64,000 nt of DNA from Squalus acanthias (taxonomy: Eukaryota). The notes below the pieces were generated by a model, which had not been told where the DNA came from, did not search any database, and saw nothing but the letters and a program-made list of their open reading frames with translations. Shown piece after piece: positions 51,790 through 62,880 of the stretch. Made by a program: the position numbers and the translations under genes. The stretch is from NCBI GenBank assembly GCA_030390025.1, contig CM059432.1, positions 71,426,001 through 71,490,000 on the forward strand. Reading direction: 5' to 3'. The first letter of the stretch is position 1. Each line of letters opens with the position of its first letter.

Positions 51790-51885
51790 TCCGTGGTGGG
51801 ATTTGAACTCACGTCTACTGGATCATTAGCGCAGAGCTTCTGGATTACTAGTCCAGTAACATAACCACTAAGCTACCATTCCCGT
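51790..51885 (-). promoter_or_regulatory. tRNA(Thr-AGT)-like head with Pol III internal promoter (A box and B box)
   Basis: Minus strand: A box TAGCTTAGTGG (51865-51875), anticodon arm CTGGA-CTAGTAA-TCCAG (51840-51856), T arm/B box GTGAG-TTCAAAT-CCCAC (about 51796-51812). Confidence 0.8.
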
Positions 51886-53572
51886 AGTCTGTGTGTTAGA
51901 TATCATCTACAAGGACATCAGTGGCTATCATGCAGCACAGAGCTTGCATATGTGCAGGGACAATAACAGTCAGCTGTGATTTGAAACTTAGCTGTAGAGC
52001 TGACCTATGGGTTGGTGCTGTAGAGTGACACAAAGGAAAACCTTCCTCACAAGCATCTGATGCAGCACCACCTTCACTTCAGCAGCCATCAAAGAGGAGG
52101 CCAAGTGCTGGCCATTAAAGTTACTTGTCTGCTGACTCATGCTTGCATCTACAGGTCCTTTCCCCTGCATTTTGATCTACCACTCCTTAATTCCATGTCT
52201 TTTCAGCAAAGGTTGGGTTGAGATGCCTTTTAATGCTCTCCAGAAGCCTTCTAAAGTTTTGTCCTCCTAATTGTGACACTACCCTTGAATTGTCCCCATC
52301 CCTTTAAATTTTACTTACAGACAATTTTCATCTCCTGTCAGTGTAGAACCAATGGAATTTTACATAGAATTACTTAGAATATACAGCACAGAAACAGACC
52401 ATTCGGCCTAACCAGTCCATGCCGTGGTTTATGCTCCACTTGAGCGTCCTCCCATCCTTCCTCATCTAACTCTATTAACATAACCCTCTATTCCCTTCTC
52501 CCTCATATGCTTATCTAGTCTCCCCTTAAATGCATCTCTACTATTTGCCTCAGCCACTCCCTGTGGTAGTGAGCTCTTCATTCTCACCACTCTCTGGGTA
52601 AAGAAGTTTCTTCTGAAATCCTTATTTGATTTCTTGGTGGCTATCTTATATTGATTGCCTTTAGTTTTGCTCTTCCCCACAAGTGGAAACACTATCTACT
52701 CTATCTATCATAACCTTTCATCATTTTAAAGACCTCTATTAGGTCATCCCCCAGGCTTCTCCCCCAGAAAAGAGGCCCAGCCTTTTCATCCTTTCCTGAT
52801 AGGTATAACCTAACATTTTTGGTATCATCCTTGTCAATCTTTTTCGAACCCCCTCCAGTTGTGAAGGAATAAGCCAGATAACCTAGTCAGAAAAATACAC
52901 TATCTTATGAAGGGGTTCTGGCCTTATTAAAACATGACAAACTGGGTTTGGAAATTTAGAAACCTAACTATGAAATAGCTATGAAAGCATTCTGGCTATT
53001 GAGATAAGACAGTTGTTGACCCTGAATAAATAACCTTATTGAAACAGAAGGTGAATGGCTCCGATAAGCTGACCTTTTGGGAACAAAACAATGGTTCACC
53101 CTGGATAAGGTGTTCTAATTTAAACTTTGTAAAGATGGCACATAAGATAAGGAACATCTGCCCTCGTAAAGATGACATAAAATAAGGAACACCTGCCATT
53201 CACACCATTTTTATATGGTGACCCTAGAACACCTGGAGATGAGACAAGATTCTGGCTGATGTGGCAGTAAGAATTGCAGAGGTCGGCAGAAAAATGAATA
53301 GAGATAATTAACTTGCATCAGCAGTAAACTTTAAAGGAAATACCACTGGAAAAGGGTATAAATATTGAACTCTCAAATGTAATATCAGACTCGCTTTAAT
53401 TGGGCAAAGAGATTCTCGGCTACAGAGGCAGCTCTGTAGTCTTCAACTCTTTGTACCTCGGGGATCAAAGGTATTTGATATTGATGGATATCCTGTATAA
53501 GAAACCTTTAAGAACTGTAATACTGTAGCAAAGTTAAGATTTAAAAGTAAGATTCTCTGTTAAAAAGATAGT

Positions 53573-55055
53573 GGCCTGTATTTTCCGATCGCAGGCCTCC
53601 CGCGGGCGGCGGCCTGCAATCTAGAAAAATCTGTGCCCTTACCTGAGGGCTCCCAGGATGCACACACTTCCGCTCCTGGGCCTCACCAAACTCCAGGTGC
53701 GCAGGGCCCACGTATCCCAGGGGCGCATGTAGTTCGCAGCATCCCTGGGATCACGTGGGCCATGGGGAGCCAATCACAGAAGGGAATCTCCCTTCATACA
53801 TTTGACATGAAGACCTGTCAAATATATGAATGGAGATCAATGAAAAAACATAGTAAAATTTTAAATAAATAAAAAAAAAAATCACATTTTTAAAATGACT
53901 TGAAATTACAATATATTGGCCCAGATATTCCGATCACAGGCCTCCCGCGGATGGAGGGCTGCAATCTGGAAAAATCTGCGTCAAGATCTGAGGGCTCCTG
54001 GGAGGCGCAGAGTTCCGATGCTGGGCCTCTCCAAACTGCCGGTGTGCAGGGCCCACGTATCCCAGGGGCGCATGTAGTTTGCAGCGTCCCTGGGATCACG
54101 TGGGCCATGGGGAGCCAATCACAGAAGGGAATCTCCCTTCATACATTTGACAGGAAGACCTGTCAAATATATGAATAGAGATCACCCCCAAAACATAGTA
54201 AAACTTTAAATACATTTTTTTTTTAAATCACATTTTTAAAATGACTTGAAATTACATAAATTAACTATTTTAAACAAAAATTTAAATTTTTGAAAAAAAT
54301 AATTAAAGTTTTTAACGGGGCTAAAAATAAACTTACCCTTCTTTAAAGTATTTTTAAATGATAAATCAGTGGAATTTTGTTTTTTTACTTTTTTCAACTC
54401 TTATCCTGGTAAAAGCAGGCCTTACACCTGCTTTTACCAGGCGCAAGAATTATAAATGTTTTCTGTGGGCGGAGGGTCTCCAAAAAGCGGAACTATCCGC
54501 CCGCAGAGGCCCTTCTCCCGGGTAGGCAGAGAATCTGTCAAGAGCTTGCGCAGTGCATGCCTGAAACTAGCATTTCCAATGTCCCTACGGGTGGGTACGT
54601 GCTGTGTACCCACCCACAGGGATCGGAATATCCGGCCCATTAAGTATTTTAAACAAAAATTTAATTTTTGAAAAAAATAATTAAAGTATTTTACGGGGCT
54701 AAAAATAAACTTACCTTTTTTTAAAGTATTTTTAAATGATAAATCAGTGAAAAAAAAAAATTTCTTTTACTTTTTTCAACTCTTATCCTGGTAAAAACAG
54801 GCCTTACGCCTGCTTTTACCAGGCGTAAGAATTGTAAGGGTTTTCTGCGGGCAGAGGGTCTCCAAAAAGCGGAACTATCCGCCCGCAGAGGCCCTTCTCC
54901 AGGGCAGCCGGAGGATCTGTCAAGACCATTCTTGACAGATCGGAAATGCCGGTTTTCAGCACATGCGCTGTGCATGCCTGAAACCGGCATTTCTGATGTC
55001 CCTGCGGGTGGGTACACAGCACATACCCACCCGTAGGGATCGGAATATCCAGGCC
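53573..55055. mobile_element. Harbinger-type MITE A (contains a nested sibling)
   Basis: TIRs GGCCTGTATTTTCCGATC / GATCGGAATATCCAGGCC, with TSD AGT (53570-53572 and 55056-55058). Confidence 0.88.
53918..54638. mobile_element. Harbinger-type MITE B, same family as A, nested in A
   Basis: TIRs GGCCCAGATATTCCGATC / GATCGGAATATCCGGCCC, with TSD ATT (53915-53917 and 54639-54641). Both arms are homologous to those of A. Confidence 0.88.
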
Positions 55056-56764
55056 AGTATGTTTTCACTTTTTAGAATTGTTAACGTTGCAATTGACTGA
55101 TTCACCAACTGTAAATGCATGTCGGTTCTTTTAATAAATCTCTATATATTTTTAGAATTGTCTCTCATAAGTCTTCTGTATCAAAAACTCGCGAACTCAA
55201 TTTCTGTACACTCTTTGGTATAGAGTTACAGAATTCTGGGGGAGTTTTCCGGACCCTCATAATATCCGGGATGTTACAGTCTAGCTAAACTTATTAAAAG
55301 CGCTATCTGGAGGACGGTAGCATTCTCGGGTTGTTCCTTTCCTTTAGGGAGAGATAGTCCGGACCTTTAGACCCAATTAAGCGTCTTTAGGATTCGGCTA
55401 CCTCAAACTTTAGTTGAAAGTGAACATCTGAGAAATATGCCTGATCCGGGGTAGCCCTAAAGGGGCTAGGACTAGTAAAAACCCATTCACAGTGCCGCTA
55501 TGTCCTATTTATTATAATATGGTGACCAGAACTGTACACAGTACTCTAAGTGTGGTCTAACCAAGATTCGATATAAGTTTAGCATAATTTCTCTATTTTT
55601 CAATTCTATCCCTCTAGAAATAAACCCTAGTGCTTGGTTTGCTTTTTTCATGGCCTTATTAAGCTACTTTTAGTGATTTGTGTATTTGTAGTCCCTTTGC
55701 TCCTCTACCCAATTTAGATTCTTATTTTCCAAGTAATATGTGACCTCCTTATTTTTCTTACCAAAATGTAATACCTCACATTTATCTGTGTTGAAATTAA
55801 TTTGCCAATTATATGCCCATTCCGCAAGTTTATTAATGTCCTCTTGTAATTTGTTGCAGTCCTCTTCCGTATTGACTATCCCCACCCAATTTGGTGTCAT
55901 CCGCAAAATCAGAAATTGTGTTTTTGTTCTAAACTCTAAATCGTTAATATAAATTGTGTACAACAGTGGTCCCGACACTGATCCTTGTGAAACCCAACTT
56001 TCCACCTTCTGCCACGCTGATTAGCTACCCTTTAAGAACATAAGAACATAAGAATTAAGAGCAGGAGTAGGCCATACGACCCTTCGAGCCTGCTCTGCCA
56101 TTCAATAAGATCATGGCTGATCTTCGACCTCAACTCCACTTTCCCGCCCAATCCCCATATCCCTTGATTCCCCTAGAGTCCAACAATCTATCTATCTCAG
56201 CCTTGAATAAACTCAACGACTGAGCATCCAATGCCCTTTGGGGTAGAGAATTCCAAAGATTCACAACCGTCTGAGTGAAGAAATTCCTCCTTATCTCAGT
56301 CTTAAATGGCCAACCTCTTATCCTGCGACTATGCCCCCTAGTTCTAGACTCTCCAGCCAGGGGAAACAACCTCTCAGCATCTACTCTGTCAATCCCCCTC
56401 AGAATCTTATATGTTTCAATGAGATCACCTCTCATTCTTCTAAACCCCAGAGAGTATAGGCCCATTCTATTCAATCTCTCCTCAGAGGACAACTCTCTCA
56501 TCAATCTAGTGAACCTTTGTTGCACCGCCTCTAAGGCAAGTATGTACTTCCTCAGATAAGGAGACCAAAACTATGCACAGTACTTCAGGTGTAGTCTAAC
56601 CAAAGCCCTGTACAATTGTAGTAAGACATCCTTACGCTTGTTCAACAGCCCCCTTGCAATAAAGGCCAACATGCCATTTGCCTTCCTTATTGCTTGCTGT
56701 AGCTGCATGCTAACTTTCTGTGTTTCCTGTACGAGGACACCTAAATCTCTCTGAACACCAACAA

Positions 56765-57657
56765 GGGGGAAAAATTCAGTTGGTTGCGCCTCCCGTTAGC
56801 GTTTTAAGAGGGCGCTAATGGGGCGCAAAACATCGAGCGCCCGGGCGCGGCAATGTTTGCGGCGCTCGCGAAATTAACTAGACATTTTGCGACGGCGCTA
56901 AACACTACCACCACGATCTCCTGCGCCGGCAGATCGTGACGTCAGTCGAGTGCGCAACGCCCTGGTATCGCCCCGGAGCGGATATTGAGTGGCGCCCCCT
57001 GCCTTACCGCCTGCCGCTAGCAACGACAGGTTGAGGGGAGCGTTTTGCAGTCAGGGAGGGACTGGGGGAGCGCTATTTAAAGGTGACCGCTTCCTGCCTT
57101 TTATTGTTGGTGACATTTTTGAACCATGTATTCTGAGAGAGAGAGAGAGAGATTTCTGGAGAGGTTCAACGCTGTGTGAAGGAGTTTTGGGTACTGAGCA
57201 GCACTTTGCAGGTTCATTTTGATTTGCCCTTCCTTGTATCGATTTAGAAGAGATTGTGGGGGCTGCACTCTGAGCTCTTTCCTTGGTACTCTCCATTGTT
57301 CTTTCCAGCAGATTTGATGTACAGGTCTCTCCAGGCCGAGATTCAAGGCTGCAATGAGCAGGATGTGGATTGAAAGCAAGATCAACCCTCCCCTTTAAGA
57401 ACTGGCCCGTGCCATTGTGTGTGTGTTCCATTGCTGACTGACATCACATGAGCTTCGCCAGCGCTCTGAGGTAGCGCCTCGCTCCTCGGCCTTTGCACCT
57501 TAAGACAGGTGTGAAGCGCCTGATTTAGCGCTCCAATCACCTCCAGGGGTGATAAAAGTCAAGTTTGCAGTCGGTGGTGATAATTAGCACCAGGCGCTAA
57601 TCTTTGTGCCCGGCCGATAATTGTGCCCCAAATGGGGCGATACTGAATTTCTCCCCC
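56765..57657. mobile_element. About 0.9-kb non-autonomous Harbinger derivative, copy 1
   Basis: TIRs GGGGGAAAAATTCAGT / ACTGAATTTCTCCCCC, flanked by CAA. It interrupts CR1 ...GAACACCAAC|ATTTAATAG and is homologous to 62894-63786. Confidence 0.88.
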
Positions 57658-58550
57658 CAACATTTAATAGTTTCTCACAATTTAAAAAATATACTGTTTT
57701 TCTATTCTTCCTACCAAAGTGAATAACCTTACATTTCCCCACATTATACTCCATCTGCCAACTTATTGCCCACTCACTTAACCTGTCTATATTCCTTTGC
57801 AGGCTCTTTGTGTCCTCCTCACAGCTTACTTTCCCACCTAGCTTTGTATCGTCAGCAAACTTGGATACATTACACTCGATCCCTTCATCTAAGTCATTAA
57901 TATAGATTGTAAATAGTTGAGGCCCAAGCACTGATCCTTGTGGCACCCCACTAGTTACAGCCTGCCAAACGGAAAATGACCCGTTTTTCCCTAATCTCTA
58001 TTTTCTGTCCGTTAACCAATCGTCTATCCATGCTAATATATTACCCCTAAACCCATGAACCCTTAACTTGCGTTGCAATCTTTTATGTGGCATCTTATCG
58101 AATACCTTTTGGAAATCCAAATATACTATATCGACTGGTTCCCCTTTATTTACCCTGCTAGTTACATCCTCAAAAACACTAATTAATTTGTTAAACATGA
58201 TTTCCCTTTCATAAAACGATGTTGACTCTGCCTATGACATTCTAAGTGCGCTGTTACCACTTTCTTAATAATGAATTCCAGCATTTTCCTGATGACTGAT
58301 GTCAGGCTAACTAACCTGTAGTTCCCTGTTTTCTCTCTCCCTCCTTTCTTGAATAGCAGGGTTACATTTGTTACCTTCCAATCCATTGGGACCATTCTAG
58401 AATCTAGGGAATTTTGAAAGATCACAACCAATGTATCCACTATCTCTGCAGCCACCTCTTTTAGAACCCTGGGATGTAGGCCATCAGGTCCATGGGATTT
58501 GTTGGCTTTTAGCCCATTAGTTTCGCAAGTACTTTTTCTCTAATGATATT

Positions 58551-59293
58551 GGCCCAGAAATTGATCTCGCTCTGTTCCCGCGGGGGTAAGGCTTCCCCGC
58601 GATCTCTCACTCCGCGTGTGCTTTTTCAGATCCAGCTCGCACGAACTTGATGTTCCAGACATCAGCTGGGCAGTGCTTGCGTATCCCACCGGCGTAGTGA
58701 ATTTGTGCGAGCTGTGTGATCACGTGACTCAGTTAGAGCCAATGGCAGCACACCATCTTCCATTCATAAGTTTCACATACGTGCTGTGAAATCTATGAAT
58801 CTTACACCCCCCCAAAATAACAGCTAAACCTCAATTAAATTTAAAAAAAAACCATCACATTAATAAAATAAGTATAGTTAAATAAATTAACCATTTTAAA
58901 TAAAAAATTAAATTTTTGAAAAAATTTAAAATCTTTTAAAAAGTTATAAAAATAAACTTACCTGTCTTTAAAGTCTCTAAAAAAGATATACCTGTTAAAA
59001 AAAATTCAAAAAAATACTTAATTCACTACTTACCTTGTTAAAAGTGGGTCTTACTCCTCCTTTTTCCATTTCTAAAATCTTCTGTCCTTACCTGCGCGTC
59101 CAAAGCACGAAGTGCACAGCATGCGTGCAGCCTGTAGCGCGCACGCGATGCACCAAGGAACCGCCCCCTTTTCAAAAGACCAAGTGCCGGTTTTCAGCGC
59201 ATGCGCAGGGCATGCAGAAAACCGGCAATTGGAGAGAGAATACGCGAGAGTACACAGTGCGTACTCTCGCGCAGCGGGATGAATTTTTGGCCC
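58551..59293. mobile_element. Harbinger-type MITE related to A and B
   Basis: TIRs GGCCCAGAAATT / AATTTTTGGCCC. The AT-rich core shares AAAAATAAACTTACC with A and B. It interrupts CR1 at GATATT/ATTAATTAC. Confidence 0.8.
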
Positions 59294-59601
59294 AATATTA
59301 ATTACTTTAAGTTCCTCACTTTATTACCTCTTGATTCCCCACTATTTTTGGTATACTTTTGCTGTCTTCTACTGTGAAGGCAGATACAAAATATTTGTTT
59401 AAAGTCTCTGCCATTTCCTTGTTCCCAATTATAATTTCTTCTGTCTCAGCCTCTAAGGGACCAATGCTTACTTTTGCTACTCTCTTCCTTTTTACATACT
59501 ATTAGAAGCTCTTACAATCTGTTTTTATATTTCTTGCTAGTTTACTCTCATATTCTATTTTCTCCCTTTTTATCAATTTTTTGGTCATCCTTTGCTGGTT
59601 T

Positions 59602-60165
59602 AGAATCATAGAATCATAGAACGATAGAAATTTATAGCACAGAAGGAGGCCATTTGGCCCATCTTGTCTGTGCCAGCCGAAAAAGAGCTCTTGGTCCATA
59701 GCCTTGTAGGGGTTACAGCACTTCAAGTGCATATCCAAGTACTTTTTAAATGTGATGAGGGTTTCAGCCTCGACCACCCTTTCAGGCAGTGAGTTCCAGA
59801 CCCCCACCACCCTCTGGGTGAAAAATGTTCTTCTCAACTCCCCTCTAATCCTTCTACTAATTACTGTAAATCTATGCCCCCTGGTTATTGACCTCTCTGC
59901 TAAGGGAAATAGATCCTTCCTATCCACTCTATCTAGGCCCCTCATAATTTTATACACTTCAATTAAATCTCCCCTCAGTCTCCTCTGTTCCAAAGAAAGC
60001 AAATGTGATGAGGGTATATGCCTCTACCACCCTTCCAGACCCCCATCATCAATTACTTTAAATCTATGCCCCCTGGTTATTGATTTCTCCGCTAAGGGAA
60101 ATAGGTTCTTCCTATCCACTCTATCTAGGCCCCCCCATTATTTTATAAACCTCAATTTAGTCTCC
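59602..60165 (-). mobile_element. CR1 3' fragment with internal partial duplication
   Basis: (TCTATGAT)n tail; SLEQRRLRGDLIEVYKI..FFTQRVVGVWNSLP. 60002-60160 repeats parts of 59749-59970. Confidence 0.88.
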
Positions 60166-61290
60166 CCACAATCTGGCATAACCGCGAGATAGCAGCATGA
60201 TAGAGCCATAGGAGGTGATTTTTCTCACCTGAAAAACAGACGTCCGGTAGTTGAATATTGTGACTTAGAAGCACCTCGACCACACCATTGACGCCCAAGG
60301 ATGCCTGGGGCAATTTCCAGCTGGGGCTGTAAATGAGCGAGCAGCACACCTGCCTGTTTCTGGCGGGAGGCTGCTTAGATATGCAAATCAGGGTCCTACA
60401 TCAGTTGTAGAACCCCGTTTGAATTTCTTAGGATGGCAGCTTATGGCAGACATCCAGCCAATTTCCTCAGAGCACCATGCAATTGGCACATAGGAGGCAT
60501 AAATTTATTAATAGAGTTTGGAATACTTTGTGGTCGCTTTCATTTCACCTTTGCGCCCAGGAGGACGCTGTGATATGGCATGAGACAGGGATGGTATGTA
60601 GGGATGTGGTGAGCAACGGGGATCTGGAGTTTCATTCATTCAAATCGGAGTCTGATGAACCGGTCATGGACCGCCCATCTGGAAGTCCGATTGTCCCGCT
60701 ATCTCCTTTCTCCTTGTCTTCTTCCTCCTTGTCTTCTTCCTCCTCTCATCGTAGATCCTGGAGGGCAAGGTGGATTGTCAGTACAGTCCCCATGACTTTT
60801 AGCAAGTGTTGTAGGTTGAATCTTTCAAGAATAAATTTTGCACTTTTCTACTTGCCACAAAACTCCTGATACCAATGAACCTTCAAATCACTAAATAAAA
60901 TTTGCAGTATCAGGAACTCACACACAGGCACTGAAACTTCACTAACCTGTCAGGTGCGAGTGATTGGGGCTGATCCCTTTAAATAACATCCCTGGAGCTG
61001 GCTTCCTGGTGCTGTACGCCAGCTCTCCCTGTTGTTGTTAACTCCAGGTGGTGTGGTAAGTGGCGAGAAACAATTTGGCAGATCAGGCATTCAGTGAGCG
61101 TTGCACACTCACTGACGTCATGATCTCCCTGGCATTGAAGTCCCCAGCGATCGCTGTTACCGGTAGCACTACGGGGGGTCTCAATTTGACGTGTGGTGCT
61201 GGATTCAACAGGAGCTGTCGTTACAGCTCTCAACGCCACATTAGCACCATCTACTGGTGCTAATGGGCGGTGCTAAGAGGACAAATTTTT
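60166..61290 (-). mobile_element. Degraded Harbinger derivative with fused transposase termini (about 60638-60793)
   Basis: Minus strand gives MGTVLTI.., an acidic EEEEDKEEE stretch and AVHDRFIRLRFE*. A TATTTAAAGGG motif lies upstream at about 60975-60985. Boundaries are approximate. Confidence 0.5.
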
Positions 61291-61479
61291 CTATCTATTG
61301 CATCCTGTACTTTAGGAAACCCAGCAACTTGATATAACTATATATGGTCAATTTTAGACTGCTGTCCAACCGGAAAGCAGTAGCAGATGAGTAGCAGTGC
61401 TATACGCTGCCACGTTGTCAAGGATGTGTGAGGAAGAGGGTTCAGTATCAAGAGAAAAGGAGAGGAAGATGGCTAAACA

Positions 61480-62443
61480 TCATGTGGATGTTTCCTACAG
61501 CCTCACCATCTGCCATACTCCATGCCCTCCCTCTGCCAATGATATCAATGGCAGCCTCCTCCATTGACGTGAGGACTTGCATTGCTGTTGGCCCTCCTCC
61601 AGTTCTGATTATTTCCCTCTTTTGTGCGCCAGTTTGTCCAGCAAGAAGAGTGTGAGCATATTAGTGTGTGGTCTGTTGGAAGGATGTGAAGATGTCTATG
61701 GCAGCTTGGCAAAGTTTGCAGGGTGAGAAAAAGAGGTACTAGGTGCGGGGAAGAGGGCGCAGTAATTGTGAAGGGGGGAGAAGGTGCAGAGTCTGCAAGT
61801 GGATGCAGAGGGAAATACATTGAAGTGCGTTTCTGTGACTGGAAGAGAGAGATGGGAATTAGGAAGGCTTATTAATGCCAGGGCTACAATAGAGTGGTGC
61901 AGGGCTATATGGAGAATAAGAAAGCTGTGAATGGGAGTTTTACTACAGCAGCTCTGGTCCGGTCATTAAATTTCTTCTAGCATTGCTGCCAGGTCCTAGG
62001 TATGATGCTTCTGGCATTCACGAGCTCAGAAACATCTACCCACTGCTGCCATACTATTTGGCGGGACACTTTGCATCTAATTTTGTGGAAGAGGACCTCC
62101 TTCCTCCTGGTGACCTCCTCCACCAAGACCTTCATGGTGCCATAAGAGAAACGGGCTGCTCTGGCAGCAGTTATTTCTGAAAAATCCACTGTTACAGAAG
62201 GTGGCATTAACCAAAGTCACCTCTTGTTTAATGAGTGCAGGCTGCCTTTAAAATGTGGGATCCCTGCTAGATTTCATGCCTCCCCCAATGGGTAAGCTGC
62301 CAATTACGAGTACAAGTAGCACTGACAGCTCATCCTTCCTATGGTAATGAAGCATGGCCCTCAAAGATGTCCATGCCTCAGGCAAGTCCAGCGGACATTC
62401 TGCCTGCTTCACATCCATTCTAGGCGGAGGTTTAAAATTCCCC
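61480..62443 (-). pseudogene. Harbinger-derived Myb/SANT-like gene remnant, two exons
   Basis: RAARFSYGTMKVLVEEV...W..VSELVNARS..PRTWQQC*KKFND (about 61950-62170). The second exon reads DKLAH..RTGGGP..LTSMEE (about 61490-61640). TIR-like AAATTCCCCC ends at 62443. Confidence 0.78.
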
Positions 62444-62880
62444 CATATTTCTTCAATCTCCAAAAGCGGACCAAGCTAACACGAGATGAGGTGAGGCTTT
62501 GTTTGAATTGTTAAGATGCTTTATTCCTACCAGCGAGGTGAACACATCGAGCAATAGTTTAATAAGAGTCATTGCACTAGAAATTTTGTGATGAAAATGG
62601 CATCCGCGAGGCACGCGCACACTTCTGATGCAGGCCGCGCCAGATGCTGTCTAGGTGAGGACGGTGTGGCGGGCGTTAGGAGCATGCACCAAAAGTATGT
62701 AGAGTAGGCAGATCATGGCGTCAATAAGCGGAAAACACTGATTTTACGCCAGCACTGCCATTTTCATCCTTAACGCTGGAGCTACCGCCTTGTCTTAACC
62801 TCGCACAGCTGAACATGCGTTCAGCAGCAGCAAGGACCCCCCACCAGAGATAATTAAAGGGATCAACAACCACTCTCAGG

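Larger units (their letters stand above)
45850..51885 (-). mobile_element. Full-length decayed single-ORF APE+RT LINE (CR1 group, Zenon-like), copy 2, with tRNA-like head retaining A and B boxes
   Basis: Colinear with 359-5021. RT ORF 46072-46893 (GVPQGS, FINDLP, IYKAQVKSVMEYSPLAW); APE start KVLLTNIWGLVPKL..DIVILTESYL at about 51370-51477. A tail at 45850-45858 and a possible TSD AGTCT (45845-45849, 51886-51890). Interrupted by two CR1s. Confidence 0.9.
52860..55491 (+). mobile_element. LTR-like element (about 1.15 kb after removing nested MITEs)
   Basis: Termini TGTGAA...TTCACA, with CAGT duplicated (52856-52859 and 55490-55493, overlapping the terminal CA). TATAAAT at about 53358 and AATAAA at about 55133. 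Confidence 0.6.
52362..56033 (-). mobile_element. CR1 LINE (older subfamily) split by an LTR-like insertion (parts 52362-52859 and about 55490-56033)
   Basis: ORF fragments RRNFFTQRVVRM and SQGSVSGPLLYTIYINDL. The host reads through as CTCCAGT|GCCGCTATG across the insertion. Confidence 0.85.
56034..59601 (-). mobile_element. CR1 LINE carrying two MITE insertions
   Basis: (TTCTTATG)n tail at 56034. ORF fragments 56130-56525, 57660-57946, 57998-58198 and 58183-58455, plus KIEYESKLARNIKTDCKSF near 59502-59560. Confidence 0.92.

Noticed and set aside
51790..51885. Functional tRNA-Thr gene
   Set aside because: The acceptor stem pairs poorly, the variable region is about 27 nt, there is no downstream T-run terminator, and it is attached to a LINE in two copies.
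61243..61260. CTCF-like motif (CCAGTAGATGGTGC on minus; also ACAGCAGGTGGCAA near 42000)
   Set aside because: Single degenerate matches are expected by chance in 64 kb and there is no supporting evidence.
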